A stretch of DNA of 64,000 bases from Sphingomonadales bacterium (GCA_031424175.1 JANPGY010000008.1:7253-71252), one strand, 5' to 3'; counted from the first letter of the stretch, positions 51,667-61,307 are shown. The notes: generated from the letters alone by a model not told the origin. Numbers and translations are program-made.

Positions 51667-52829
51667 TTGAACGCGTCATAGTCGGGACGCGCAAGGCACT
51701 GGTCCATTGTTGCCTGGCTGGGGGACGGCGCGGAATAGGAGCCGATTTCCGTCGGCACGCCGAGCCGGACGGTATCAAACCCCGCCAGTCCCCGGCATTT
51801 CATGACTGCGGCAAGCAGCCCGCGCGGCGTATCATAGGATTCGTAGCTCAGCCGGAACGTTCCCCAGTGGATGCCGATCGCCCGTGTTGCGGAGAGGCGC
51901 GCAAAAACTTCGGCGGCCTGGATCGGGCCGATGTGCGATCCGATGTCCATCTGGCCGGGGGCGAAGCGGAACGCACCGATCGGGATCAGCGCAAGGCGCA
52001 CCGGGCCGAGCGTTGCGGCCTCGCGCGGCCACTGCCCGTCACCAAAGCCGGTATCGCCCGCGAAAAACAGGTTCCCGCCGGGAAGTATCACGGTGAAGCT
52101 GGACCAGTGCGCCCGGTTGCGGTCGACGCCCCAGCGGCTGCTCCAGTGATGATTGCGCGTGACGACAACCTCGACACCCGGCTTGACCTGCATGTGCCTG
52201 CCCCAGTCGAGCGCATTTGCGGAGACGCCCATCTGCCCGATCACACTGTCATTGCCCAGGCTGGTGACGATTTTCGGCCTGTCGCGATCCCAGAGCTTCT
52301 TCAGTGTGGCCAGATCCATGTGATCGTAATGATTATGGCTGATCATGACCAGATCGATCCGGGGCAGATCCTCGAACCGGATCGCGGGAGGGGCGACGCG
52401 TCGGGGGCCGACGCCCAATGGCCCCGCCACGTCAGACCAGACCGGATCGGTCAGGATGTTCAGCCCCTGCGTCTGCACGAGCACCGTTGCATGGCCGACC
52501 CAGGTCGCAACCATCCGCGTGCCGTCGATCCGCGCGGCGGGCCTGGTCTGCACGACCGAAACATGATCGGGCCATGGCGGGCGGCCGTCGCTTCCGGTCA
52601 GATAGCGCCAGGCCGCGCCGGCAATGCCGCCGCGTCTTGGCGTTGCCGAAGGCATGCGCAATTCATCGTCGCCATCGGGATTGAAAAAACGTGCGCCGTT
52701 GAAATGCGCGCTGTCCGGCCCTTGATAGTAAATGCGGTCGAGAAACGGGGGAATCACCGTAATCGCACAGCACAGCGCGATGATCACCCACAGCAGTCCG
52801 CTTCCCAAAACCCTCAGTGTGCGCCGCAT
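51663..52829 (-). CDS. MBL-fold metallo-hydrolase (NAPE-PLD/RomA-like)
   Basis: WVGHAT, LTDPVW, SHNHYDH, HHWS, FAGDTG, IHWGTF. Confidence 0.9.
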   Translation of the reverse strand: MRRTLRVLGSGLLWVIIALCCAITVIPPFLDRIYYQGPDSAHFNGARFFNPDGDDELRMPSATPRRGGIAGAAWRYLTGSDGRPPWPDHVSVVQTRPAARIDGTRMVATWVGHATVLVQTQGLNILTDPVWSDVAGPLGVGPRRVAPPAIRFEDLPRIDLVMISHNHYDHMDLATLKKLWDRDRPKIVTSLGNDSVIGQMGVSANALDWGRHMQVKPGVEVVVTRNHHWSSRWGVDRNRAHWSSFTVILPGGNLFFAGDTGFGDGQWPREAATLGPVRLALIPIGAFRFAPGQMDIGSHIGPIQAAEVFARLSATRAIGIHWGTFRLSYESYDTPRGLLAAVMKCRGLAGFDTVRLGVPTEIGSYSAPSPSQATMDQCLARPDYDAFK

Positions 52830-52927
52830 CGGTCTTTGTCACTCCGCCGTTCGGCGCCGGGATAGCGTTTCAGACTGCAACGGCAAGATGAGTCAGCCTT
52901 CTCCAAGCCACGAGGGTTACCGGACGT

Positions 52928-53974
52928 TCAGCGGCGGTGCTCGCCCCTGATCCAGCGGACGGTGCCCGAACTTGCGCGCATCACCACGCTGTCGGTCGTC
53001 ATCTTCCCACCGGGAAGGCGCTTCACGCCCGCGAGCAGCGAGCCGTCCGTCACGCCCGTCGCCGCGAAAATACAGTCGCCCTTGGCCAGCTCGGTCAGGT
53101 CATAGACATGGTCGAGATCGGTAATGCCCCATTTCCGCGCACGGCCGCGCTCGTCCTCGTTACGAAATACCAGCCGCCCCTTCATCTGCCCGCCCACGCA
53201 GCGGAGCGCGGCCGCCGCCAGCACGCCTTCGGGCGCGCCGCCTTGGCCCATGTAGAGATCGATGTTGGTATCGGGATCGGTCGTCGCGATCACGCCCGCC
53301 ACGTCGCCGTCGGGGATCAGCATGATGCCGCAGCCGGCGGCACGCAGCTCGGCGATCAGCTTTTCATGGCGGGGCCGATCGAGCACGCAGACGATGATCT
53401 CTTCCAGCGGCACGCCTTTGGCGGCAGCGAGAGCGGTGACGTTTTCGGTCGGCGACTTGAGCAGATCGATGATGCCGTCGGGATAGCCGGGGCCGCAGGC
53501 GATCTTGTCCATATAGGTATCGGGCGCGTTGAGGAGATTGCCTTCCTCGGCGGCGGCAAGCACGGCCAGCGCGTTCGGCCCGGCCTTGGCGGTGATCGTC
53601 GTGCCCTCGAGCGGGTCCAGCGCTATGTCGATCTTCGGGCCCCTGCCCGGCGCGGCACCGACTTTTTCTCCGATGAAGAGCATGGGGGCCTCGTCCCGTT
53701 CGCCCTCACCGATCACGACGGTTCCGTCCATCCAGAGCTGGTTTAGCGACGTGCGCATCGCCTCCACGGCGGCGGCATCGGCGGCCTTTTCATCGCCGCG
53801 CCCGATCAGCGTGGATGCGGCAATGGCCGCCTGTTCGGTGACGCGAACCATTTCGAGCACGAGGACGCGATCAAGAACAGTGCTGGAAATAATACCGCCC
53901 CGCGCAGAACCCGAAGCAACATGATCCGATCCGCGCGCATGACTGGCCGGAACATTGCTTGCCGTAATCGTCAT
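52928..53974 (-). CDS. glpX: Class II fructose-1,6-bisphosphatase
   Basis: EMVRVTEQAA, VIGEGERDEAPML, DPLEGT, DGDV, GGAPEGV. Confidence 0.96.
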   Translation of the reverse strand: MTITASNVPASHARGSDHVASGSARGGIISSTVLDRVLVLEMVRVTEQAAIAASTLIGRGDEKAADAAAVEAMRTSLNQLWMDGTVVIGEGERDEAPMLFIGEKVGAAPGRGPKIDIALDPLEGTTITAKAGPNALAVLAAAEEGNLLNAPDTYMDKIACGPGYPDGIIDLLKSPTENVTALAAAKGVPLEEIIVCVLDRPRHEKLIAELRAAGCGIMLIPDGDVAGVIATTDPDTNIDLYMGQGGAPEGVLAAAALRCVGGQMKGRLVFRNEDERGRARKWGITDLDHVYDLTELAKGDCIFAATGVTDGSLLAGVKRLPGGKMTTDSVVMRASSGTVRWIRGEHRR

Positions 53975-54028
53975 TTCATGATCCTCTGCGTCGCGGAATT
54001 GCGGGCGCGATAGGGAAGGCATGTTGCA

Positions 54029-54388
54029 ATGTCGAGAATCATGGCGGTCATAATGGTGCTAACCATTGCCATTCCGGCGCAGGCCCAGTCGGCGATCGAG
54101 GTCTATCGCGAAAAGACCAGCGTCATCGTCCGCTGCGTGCAGCCCGGCGGCGATCAGATCGTGGTGTGCGGCAGGCGGGCGGCGGACAGATGGCGGGTGC
54201 CGTTCGTCGGATTTGCGCCGGGCGATCCAGAAGGGCGTACCGTATCCGAAGAGCGCAACCGGCTTGCCAGCGAACCGCCGGTCAGATGCGGCACAGAGGC
54301 GATGCTGCGCAACTGCGGCATGGTCGGCGTAAAAGTAAGCACGCGTTTCAGCGGATCGGGCGTGCGATTGCGAAAACTGGCGGATTAG
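54029..54388 (+). CDS. Hypothetical secreted Cys-containing protein
   Basis: Signal peptide (AQA), four Cys, IVVCGRR motif. Confidence 0.65.
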   Translation: MSRIMAVIMVLTIAIPAQAQSAIEVYREKTSVIVRCVQPGGDQIVVCGRRAADRWRVPFVGFAPGDPEGRTVSEERNRLASEPPVRCGTEAMLRNCGMVGVKVSTRFSGSGVRLRKLAD

Positions 54389-54404
54389 GCCGTGATCGAA
54401 CCGA

Positions 54405-55697
54405 TCAGACGTCGAGGATCGGCATTGCGAGTGGCCTGTCCAACAGGCTCGGCGAACCCTCGAGCCGCTCCAGCGCCGCGGTGACGGCGCGGACGGGGCC
54501 TTCATGGGTGGTCATCGCCACGAAGACACCGCTTTCGCCGCCTTCGCCCTTCTGGATCAGGCTTTCGATCGAAACCCCGGCGTCGCGCATCGCCGCTGTC
54601 AGCTCGGCAAGGACACCGGCCCTGTCGGCAACGGTAAATCGCAGATAGGCCCGCTCGCGGCGCGCGCCCGCGTCATCCGGTTCCAGTGCGGCGAGGCTCG
54701 CGACGGGCATGCCGAAGGCCGGGCCGGTCTGGCCGCGGGCGATATCGATCAGGTCGGCAACGACGGCGCTGGCGGTCGGTCCCGCGCCCGCGCCATGTCC
54801 TTCGAAGAACAGCCGGCCGACGAAATCCCCCTCCGCCGCCACCGCGTTCATGGCACCTTTCACATGCGCCAGCGGGTGGCCGAGCGGGACGAGGCACGGA
54901 CGGACGCGCTGGAACAGGCCATGCGCACCCGATTCGGCCAGCCCGACAAGGCGGATGCAAAAGCCGAGCGCCCGCGCCTGCGCGATATCGGCCGCCAGCA
55001 CGGCGCGGATACCGCCCCGCGCAACGCCGGCGAAATCGACGCGCGCGCCAAAAGCGAGGCTCGCGAGGATCGAAAGCTTGTGCGCGGCGTCGATGCCATC
55101 GACGTCGAACGTGGGATCGGCCTCGGCAAAGCCCAGCGCCTGCGCGTCGGCCAGCACATCGGCGAAGTCCGATCCTTCCGCCTCCATCCGCGTCAGGATG
55201 TAATTGCATGTGCCGTTCAGAATGCCCGAAACCTGGGTGATCCGGTTCGCCGCCGCGCCTTCGCCGATGCCCTTGATCACCGGGATGCCGCCAGCGACCG
55301 CCCCTTCATATTTCAGCGCGACGCCCGCGCGCTCGGCAGCGTCGGCGAGCGTCATGCCGTGGTGCGCGATCATCGCCTTGTTTGCCGTGACGAACGCCTT
55401 GCCCGCCGCAATGGCATTCTGTGCGAGGATGAACGCCGGGCCATCGGCACCGCCGATGAGTTCGACGACGACGTCGACATCGGGGCATGCAGCCATCTGC
55501 GTGCTGTCGTCGATCCAGTCGAAGCGCGTCAGATCAACGCTGCGGTCACGCGTCCGGTCACGCGCCGATACGGCGACGACCGCAATATCCCGCCCTGCGC
55601 GCCGCGCGATCAGTTCGCGGTTGGCATCGAGCAGCCTGACGACGCCTGCGCCAACGGTGCCGAGCCCGGCGAGTGCAATTCTGAGTGTATGCCCCAT
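54405..55697 (-). CDS. hom: Homoserine dehydrogenase with ACT domain
   Basis: GLGTVG, TANKA, EGAVAGGIP, GILNGTCNYIL, GAGPTASAV. Confidence 0.96.
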   Translation of the reverse strand: MGHTLRIALAGLGTVGAGVVRLLDANRELIARRAGRDIAVVAVSARDRTRDRSVDLTRFDWIDDSTQMAACPDVDVVVELIGGADGPAFILAQNAIAAGKAFVTANKAMIAHHGMTLADAAERAGVALKYEGAVAGGIPVIKGIGEGAAANRITQVSGILNGTCNYILTRMEAEGSDFADVLADAQALGFAEADPTFDVDGIDAAHKLSILASLAFGARVDFAGVARGGIRAVLAADIAQARALGFCIRLVGLAESGAHGLFQRVRPCLVPLGHPLAHVKGAMNAVAAEGDFVGRLFFEGHGAGAGPTASAVVADLIDIARGQTGPAFGMPVASLAALEPDDAGARRERAYLRFTVADRAGVLAELTAAMRDAGVSIESLIQKGEGGESGVFVAMTTHEGPVRAVTAALERLEGSPSLLDRPLAMPILDV

Positions 55698-55709
55698 GCG
55701 TCGGGCTAT

Positions 55710-56651
55710 CTAGATCAGACCGATCTCGCGCAACCTCTCACGCAGATATTCGTCGGCGGTGATCGCGTATGGATAACGATCCGGATTGTCGGCGCTGATG
55801 CATCCGGGCAGCGTCTCGATCACGAAATCGCTCGCCAAATGCAGGAAAAACGGCATCGAATAGCGCGCATGACCGCGACGTTCGGGCGGTGGATTGACGA
55901 CGCGGTGCGTTGTCGAGGGGAGGATATGGTTGGTCAGCCGCTGGAGCATATCGCCCACGTTGACGACCATCGCCCCCTCGGGTGGATCGATGGTCAGCCA
56001 TTCGCCGTCCCGGTCGCGCAATTGCAGCCCGGCTTCCTCGGCACCCAGCAGCAGTGTGATAAGGTTGATATCCTCATGCGCTTCGGCGCGGACGCCGGGG
56101 GCGTCGACGGGAACGGGCGGATAGTGGAGCAGCCGCAATATGCTGTTCCCGTCGCGGACCGGTGCTTCGAACCAGCGCTCGCCCAGCCCGAGATAAAGCG
56201 CGATCGCCGAAAGCAGTTTTGCGCCGATCGAATCGAATGCGGCGTAAAGTTCGCCCAGCACCGGCCTGAACGCCGGGATTTCGGTCGGCCAGATATTGGG
56301 CGGCATATGGCTTTCGAAACGATGCCCGGCAGGAATATCGCGGCCGACGTGCCAGAATTCCTTCAGGTCGTTCTCGGTCGCGCCCTTGGCGATTTCGATC
56401 CCGAACGGCGTGTAGCCGCGCTGGCTGCCCCATATTGACCGATACCGTGCCTTTGCCTCGAGGGGGAGTGCAAAAAACTGCTTCGTGAGCGCAGACGCTT
56501 GGGTAATGAGTTGGGGATCGATCCCGTGATCGGCAACGACGGCAAAGCCGAAACGCTGGAAGCTTCGCCCGAACTCTTGTGCAAAGCCATGCGGGTTGCG
56601 CGCCTGCGCGTCGAGCGAGACCGGTCGGATCGTGTCACGGGCGATGTTCAT
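55710..56651 (-). CDS. 2OG-Fe(II) dioxygenase, isopenicillin N synthase family
   Basis: LRLLHYPP, AHEDINLITLL (HxD), THRV, RYS. Confidence 0.9.
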   Translation of the reverse strand: MNIARDTIRPVSLDAQARNPHGFAQEFGRSFQRFGFAVVADHGIDPQLITQASALTKQFFALPLEAKARYRSIWGSQRGYTPFGIEIAKGATENDLKEFWHVGRDIPAGHRFESHMPPNIWPTEIPAFRPVLGELYAAFDSIGAKLLSAIALYLGLGERWFEAPVRDGNSILRLLHYPPVPVDAPGVRAEAHEDINLITLLLGAEEAGLQLRDRDGEWLTIDPPEGAMVVNVGDMLQRLTNHILPSTTHRVVNPPPERRGHARYSMPFFLHLASDFVIETLPGCISADNPDRYPYAITADEYLRERLREIGLI

Positions 56652-56722
56652 GCGCGCAAATCTATCGCGGGCGGAACCCGAATGCCACCGACGCGCGTTT
56701 CCCGTCCACAGAGGAGACTATC

Positions 56723-56977
56723 ATGGACGATACAGACCCCGGACTGCGGATCGACGTGCCCGGCGGGGCGCGCGCCGAGGACGAGCCGGATATTCACGGC
56801 TATGACGAAGCGCAGCGCGCGGAAGTCGCCGAAGTTGAAGGCGGGGGGCAGTATGACGGAACGCTGCTGACAGACATGGCTCCCGACTTCGGCGGCCCCG
56901 ATCTCGAGGATGACGATGTGAAGGATGACGGGGACGATCGCCCGATCATCCTCGACACCGATGCCAATCTCCTGTGA
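56723..56977 (+). CDS. Highly acidic hypothetical protein (84 aa)
   Basis: RBS GAGGAG 6 nt before ATG; about one third Asp/Glu. Confidence 0.65.
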   Translation: MDDTDPGLRIDVPGGARAEDEPDIHGYDEAQRAEVAEVEGGGQYDGTLLTDMAPDFGGPDLEDDDVKDDGDDRPIILDTDANLL

Positions 56978-56989
56978 TGACGAAGCCGG

Positions 56990-57010
56990 GCCTGCCGAAA
57001 CCGGTCAGGC
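56990..57010. terminator. Hairpin between convergent genes
   Basis: GCCTG-CCG-aaac-CGG-t-CAGGC; no clear T-tract. Confidence 0.35.
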
Positions 57011-57376
57011 ACCGCGCCGGGCGAGGCTTTTGAATACTTCGCCATGAAGCCAGATGTTCATCGTCGCTGAATCATTGGTATCGCCCGTATAGCCGAGTTC
57101 GTGTGCGAGCTCGGTGCGGTTGGCCAGACTCGGATCGAGATCGAGAAGCTTCATCAGATCGACGATCGACGTCCTGTAGTTCGACGGCACCCCTTTTTTC
57201 GCGGCGATCGCGGCCAGGCGCGCGTCGATTTCCTCAGCGGTTGCAGGGGCCCGGGCAGGCGCGGGAGTCGGGGTCGCCGCAGGCGCAGGCGGTGCAGACG
57301 TTGCGGGCGCAGCAGGTGTGTCGGCATGTGCCGACGATCCGAAAATCGCGTTCTTGATTGCGCCGAATATGCTCAT
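57005..57376 (-). CDS. DUF3597 domain protein
   Basis: MSIFGAIKNAIFG, NYRTSIVDLMKLLDLDPSL..R.ELA.ELGYTGD..DSA.MNIWLH. Confidence 0.9.
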   Translation of the reverse strand: MSIFGAIKNAIFGSSAHADTPAAPATSAPPAPAATPTPAPARAPATAEEIDARLAAIAAKKGVPSNYRTSIVDLMKLLDLDPSLANRTELAHELGYTGDTNDSATMNIWLHGEVFKSLARRGA

Positions 57377-58089
57377 GGATGTGATCCTTTTGTAGTGTCC
57401 GGCGGTGAACGATCAGCTCCCGGTGATGGTTGCCTGTCCCCGGCGGCCCGGGCTCGATGGCCCGTGTCGTATACCCTGTCGGGGTGGGCCGCTGCGAAAA
57501 CGGGAAGGGCGGTCGCGGCGGCGTCGGCAGCGACAAGCCGCGGAAAGGTCGACAGATCCACGCTGAACCGTCGCGCGTTCGCCATCTGGGGAACAAGGCA
57601 GATATCGGCAAGGCCGGGAGTGTTGCCGGAAAGATAGGGTGTTTCGCCCGCCCCGGCCTCCAGTACGCGGAATCCTTCCTCCACCCAATGGCGATACCAG
57701 TCGTCCCGCCCTGGCTCGGCAACGCCGAGGCCATCGCTCAGATATCTGAGCACGCGCAGATTGTTGAGCGGATGAATGTCACAGGCGATGGTGAGTGCCA
57801 TCGCCAGTTCCCGGGCGCGGGCGGCAGGCTCTTCAGGCACAATTCTGGGGTCGGGAAAACGCGCGTCCAGATAGTCGATGATCGCAAGGCTCTGCGTCAG
57901 CCTGAGCCCGTCGATCTCGAGCATCGGCACAAATCCGAGTGGATTTTTGTCCAGATACGCCGCTGACCGCTGCGCACCTTCGGCGAGGTTGGTCGGGACG
58001 GGCTCATAGGCAACGCCCTTGAGGTTGAGCGCGATGCGGACGCGATAGCAGGCCGACGAGCGGAAATAGTCATAAAGACATATGGTCAT
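57373..58089 (-). CDS. maiA: Maleylacetoacetate isomerase (GST zeta)
   Basis: YFRSSACYRVRIALNLKG, LTQSLAIIDYLD, CDIHPLNNLRVL. Confidence 0.92.
   Translation of the reverse strand: MTICLYDYFRSSACYRVRIALNLKGVAYEPVPTNLAEGAQRSAAYLDKNPLGFVPMLEIDGLRLTQSLAIIDYLDARFPDPRIVPEEPAARARELAMALTIACDIHPLNNLRVLRYLSDGLGVAEPGRDDWYRHWVEEGFRVLEAGAGETPYLSGNTPGLADICLVPQMANARRFSVDLSTFPRLVAADAAATALPVFAAAHPDRVYDTGHRARAAGDRQPSPGADRSPPDTTKGSHP
57408..57433 (-). promoter_or_regulatory. Sigma-EcfG-type promoter for the DUF3597 gene
   Basis: Minus strand GCAAC-N17-CGTT, 31 nt upstream of ATG 57376. Confidence 0.55.
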
Positions 58090-58952
58090 CCGAGCACCCT
58101 TCCTGCCACCGCATCGAGCCTTGCCACCAGCGCCGGATCGCGCGCGTCAGGTGCCGTAATCAGCGCGAAATCCAGATTCGTATCGATGGGAGAGGGGGCG
58201 CGGCTGGCAGGAAGCGACCTGGCGAGCGCCACCAGTGCCGCGCGTGCCCTTTCGCCGTTGCGGCCGAGCTGGGCGATCACCCCGGCAACATCGACATGCG
58301 CTTCCCCCTCTCGCCAGCAGTCGTAATCGGTGACCATCGCGAGCAGGGCATAAGGAAGCTCCGCCTCGCGGGCGAGCCTGGCCTCGGGCATCGCGGTCAT
58401 CCCGATCACCGTCGCGCCCCATTGCCGGTAAAGCCGCGATTCGGCGCGCGTCGAAAACTGCGGCCCTTCCATCGCCAGATAGGTCGCGCCTTCATGAACA
58501 TCGGCTCCCGCCGCCCGCGCCGCATCGGCTACCAGCGACGAAAGGCGCGGGCAGACGGGATCGGCCATCGAAACATGCGCGACCATGCCGGTGCCGAAAA
58601 AGCTCGGCGCGCGCGTCTTTGTGCGGTCGATGAACTGGTCGACGACGACAAAGCGGCCGGGCGGCAATTCCTCGGCGAGCGAACCGACCGATGAAACCGA
58701 AACGATATCGGTGGCGCCCGCCCGTTTCATCGCGTCGATATTCGCCCGCGCGTTGATTTCTGTTGGCGGTATCCGGTGCCCACGCCCGTGCCGCGGCAGG
58801 AATACGAACCGGACGCCCGCGATGGTGCCCGTGAGCAGCGCGTCCGACGGCTGGCCCCATGGCGTATCGACCGTGATCCACTGCGCCGCGTCCAGCGCAT
58901 CGATCGCGTAAAGCCCCGATCCGCCGATCACGCCGATGCACCACTCGGTCAC
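58086..58952 (-). CDS. mtnP: S-methyl-5'-thioadenosine phosphorylase
   Basis: IGVIGGSGLY, LPRHGRGH, DQFIDRT, EGPQFSTRAES, IGMT, MVTDYDCW; GTG start. Confidence 0.95.
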   Translation of the reverse strand: MTEWCIGVIGGSGLYAIDALDAAQWITVDTPWGQPSDALLTGTIAGVRFVFLPRHGRGHRIPPTEINARANIDAMKRAGATDIVSVSSVGSLAEELPPGRFVVVDQFIDRTKTRAPSFFGTGMVAHVSMADPVCPRLSSLVADAARAAGADVHEGATYLAMEGPQFSTRAESRLYRQWGATVIGMTAMPEARLAREAELPYALLAMVTDYDCWREGEAHVDVAGVIAQLGRNGERARAALVALARSLPASRAPSPIDTNLDFALITAPDARDPALVARLDAVAGRVLG

Positions 58953-59114
58953 GCAGCACCTGCATTTTGCGGTCGAATAGCGCGCCCGAACGAACTGGTG
59001 GCACGATCGGGCGCGCCGGATAGCGCGCCTATGCCGACGGATGAAAAAAGACCGTAGTTGCTCATGGTGACGGATTATTGCACCGCTGTGCGCCATAGCC
59101 AACCCGGAGAAGTC

Positions 59115-59525
59115 ATGCGCACGATCGCCGCCCCTGCATTGCTGCTGATTGCCAGCCCCGCCCTCGCTGCCGCACCGGTATCGGGCAAATGGCTGACTGC
59201 GGAGAAGGATTCGGTGATCGAAATCGGCACCTGCGGCGGCGCGGTCTGCGGCAAGGTTCTGCGTGTCCTCAAAACAATGCCCGACGGCAGGGTGCCCATC
59301 GACCGCAACAATCCCGATCCGTCGCTGCGCGCCCGCAAGGTGGAAGGGATCATGATCCTGTCGGGCTTTGCCGATCGCGGCAGCAACTGGAAGGGAAAGA
59401 TCTACGATCCCAAATCGGGTAAGACCTACACAAGCTATCTGGCGCGCAATGCGGACGGGACGCTCAAGGTGCAGGGTTGCATCGGTCCGTTCTGCCAGGC
59501 CTTCGTCTGGACTCCGGCACGCTGA
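59115..59525 (+). CDS. DUF2147 domain secreted protein
   Basis: GKWLT, CGGAVCGKV, DRNNPDPSLR, GKIYDPKSGKTY, LKVQGC. Confidence 0.9.
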   Translation: MRTIAAPALLLIASPALAAAPVSGKWLTAEKDSVIEIGTCGGAVCGKVLRVLKTMPDGRVPIDRNNPDPSLRARKVEGIMILSGFADRGSNWKGKIYDPKSGKTYTSYLARNADGTLKVQGCIGPFCQAFVWTPAR

Positions 59526-59741
59526 GGTGTCTGGATTGAAACCCGCCGGTCGGCCGGTGGTTGTGCTGCTAGAGGCAGACACTTCCGGGGATGCTTGCAG
59601 TGGCCGTAGACATATTCGACGACGATGAGGGAGATATCCCGCTCGTTGCAGTCGTCGCCTTTCCGGTGACAGGCAACATGCCCGGTGCGCCACCTGTCGT
59701 TCTGATCGCTCCTCCCTGTTCTTGGCATAGGGGGGCAAAGC

Positions 59742-60248
59742 GTGAGCACTCGTGATGAAAGCGTTGCGGCAAAGGTTGCGCGCGGTATCGTTGTTGGGGC
59801 AATCGCAGGCGCAGTGGCATCCTTTGCCATGGATCGGTTTCAGGCTGCGGTTTCGCCGCACCTGCCATCCCGCCCTGACGAACCGGCTGAGCCGACAACC
59901 GAAAAGGCAGCAGACGCCGTGGCCGGGCAGGTGGGCGGAAGCGAGGTTCCTGACGCTGACAAGCCGCTGGCCGGGCAAGCCGTCCATTATGTGACCGGGA
60001 TCGCGCTGGGCGTGCTATACGGTGTTGCAGCCGAGTTACGGCCATCGGTGACCGCCGGATATGGCACCGCTTTCGGCTTCGGTACAGCGACGTTGCTCGA
60101 CGAGGCAGCGGTTCCGGCGATCGGCCTCGGCAGCGCGCCGTGGGATGCCGGGACTGTCGGCACTCTCTATTCATACGCATCCCACCTGATTTTCGGCGGC
60201 GTGAGCGAGTTTGTGCGCCGACAGGTGGCGGGCACCCTTGTTACCTGA
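59742..60248 (+). CDS. DUF1440-like membrane protein
   Basis: GAIAGAVASFAM, TTEKAA, HYVTG...YG, HLIFG. Confidence 0.75.
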   Translation: MSTRDESVAAKVARGIVVGAIAGAVASFAMDRFQAAVSPHLPSRPDEPAEPTTEKAADAVAGQVGGSEVPDADKPLAGQAVHYVTGIALGVLYGVAAELRPSVTAGYGTAFGFGTATLLDEAAVPAIGLGSAPWDAGTVGTLYSYASHLIFGGVSEFVRRQVAGTLVT

Positions 60249-60391
60249 AAACACGGTAGCCTGTGGTGATGATGCTCGAATGTCCGCCTTGCAACTCATC
60301 GGGATCGAGCCGGTATAGCCCCGATGGGCGGCAATGGCGGCAATTCTGTGATCGCAGTTGACTTTGGCGATCGTGGCGGCACGATGGCGCA

Positions 60392-61219
60392 GTGCCAAAG
60401 CTGTTGATCGTCGAAGGGAATACTGCCGCGCATCGTCAACGCGGTGCCGCAAATGGTCTGCGCGCGTCAGGGACGATCTATGCCGAGGCGATCGCCGCGC
60501 ATTTCCCTGACCTTGAACTAACGATCATCAACGCGGCGGACCCTGAAGGGGCGGCCGACAACGCCCGTCTTGCCGATTACGACGGCCTTGTCGTCGGCGG
60601 CTCGGCGCTTCACGCCTATGACAGCGGCTATGCGGTCGAAAACCAGATCGCGCTCGTTGCGCAGGCTGGTGCGCTCGGCCTGCCGGTTCTCGGCAGCTGC
60701 TGGGGCCTGCAGGTCGCGGCGATGGCAGGCGGAGGTCGCGTTGCTGCCAACCCCCAGGGGCGCGAAGTCGGCATGGCCCGCAAGATCGCGCTGACGGCCG
60801 CGGCGATGGATCATCCGATGTATCGCGGCAAACCTCCCGTTTTCGACGCGGTCTGCATTCATTATGACGAGGTCGAGCGCCTGCCAGATGGGTCGGAAGT
60901 GCTCGCCTCGAACCGCTACAGCCGCGTACAGGCGGCAGTGGTGCGCGTCGGCAGGTCGCGGATATGGGCGGTGCAATATCATCCCGAATTCGATCTGCCG
61001 CACCTCGCGGCGCTTTATCGTCATTATGCCGCGGACATGCGCGCGCAGGGCTTTTTCGCTGATGACGCCGCGCTCGAATCCCATGCGGACAGGCTCGAAC
61101 GGCTTGCGGCATCGGGCGACGAAGGCCTTGCCTGGCAGCTCGGCATCGATGCCGATGTGCTCGACGAGCAGCAGCGCCGCCGGGAAATCATCAACTGGGT
61201 GGAGAACTGCATCCTGTGA
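60392..61219 (+). CDS. Type 1 glutamine amidotransferase
   Basis: GSCWGLQ nucleophile elbow, QYHPEFD. Confidence 0.9.
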   Translation: MPKLLIVEGNTAAHRQRGAANGLRASGTIYAEAIAAHFPDLELTIINAADPEGAADNARLADYDGLVVGGSALHAYDSGYAVENQIALVAQAGALGLPVLGSCWGLQVAAMAGGGRVAANPQGREVGMARKIALTAAAMDHPMYRGKPPVFDAVCIHYDEVERLPDGSEVLASNRYSRVQAAVVRVGRSRIWAVQYHPEFDLPHLAALYRHYAADMRAQGFFADDAALESHADRLERLAASGDEGLAWQLGIDADVLDEQQRRREIINWVENCIL

Positions 61220-61307
61220 CGCCCAATATGGCTCGCGCGCAGGAGGCGGAATCCGGAGCCGGGGCCGCGAACCTGGCCTGGCACGGCGCAGGCCCTGGCT
61301 GGCGATG

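Noticed and set aside
55710-58952. Plant-like ethylene module (ACC-oxidase-like oxygenase near MTA phosphorylase)
   Set aside because: Only superfamily-level motifs; no ACC synthase; genes are not adjacent
59673-59701. Sigma-EcfG promoter before the DUF1440 gene
   Set aside because: GCAAC to CGTT spacer is 20 nt, too long
59526-59741. Nested hairpins or a small ORF between DUF2147 and DUF1440
   Set aside because: Stems are short and expected by chance at this GC; the ORF lacks an RBS and recognisable motifs
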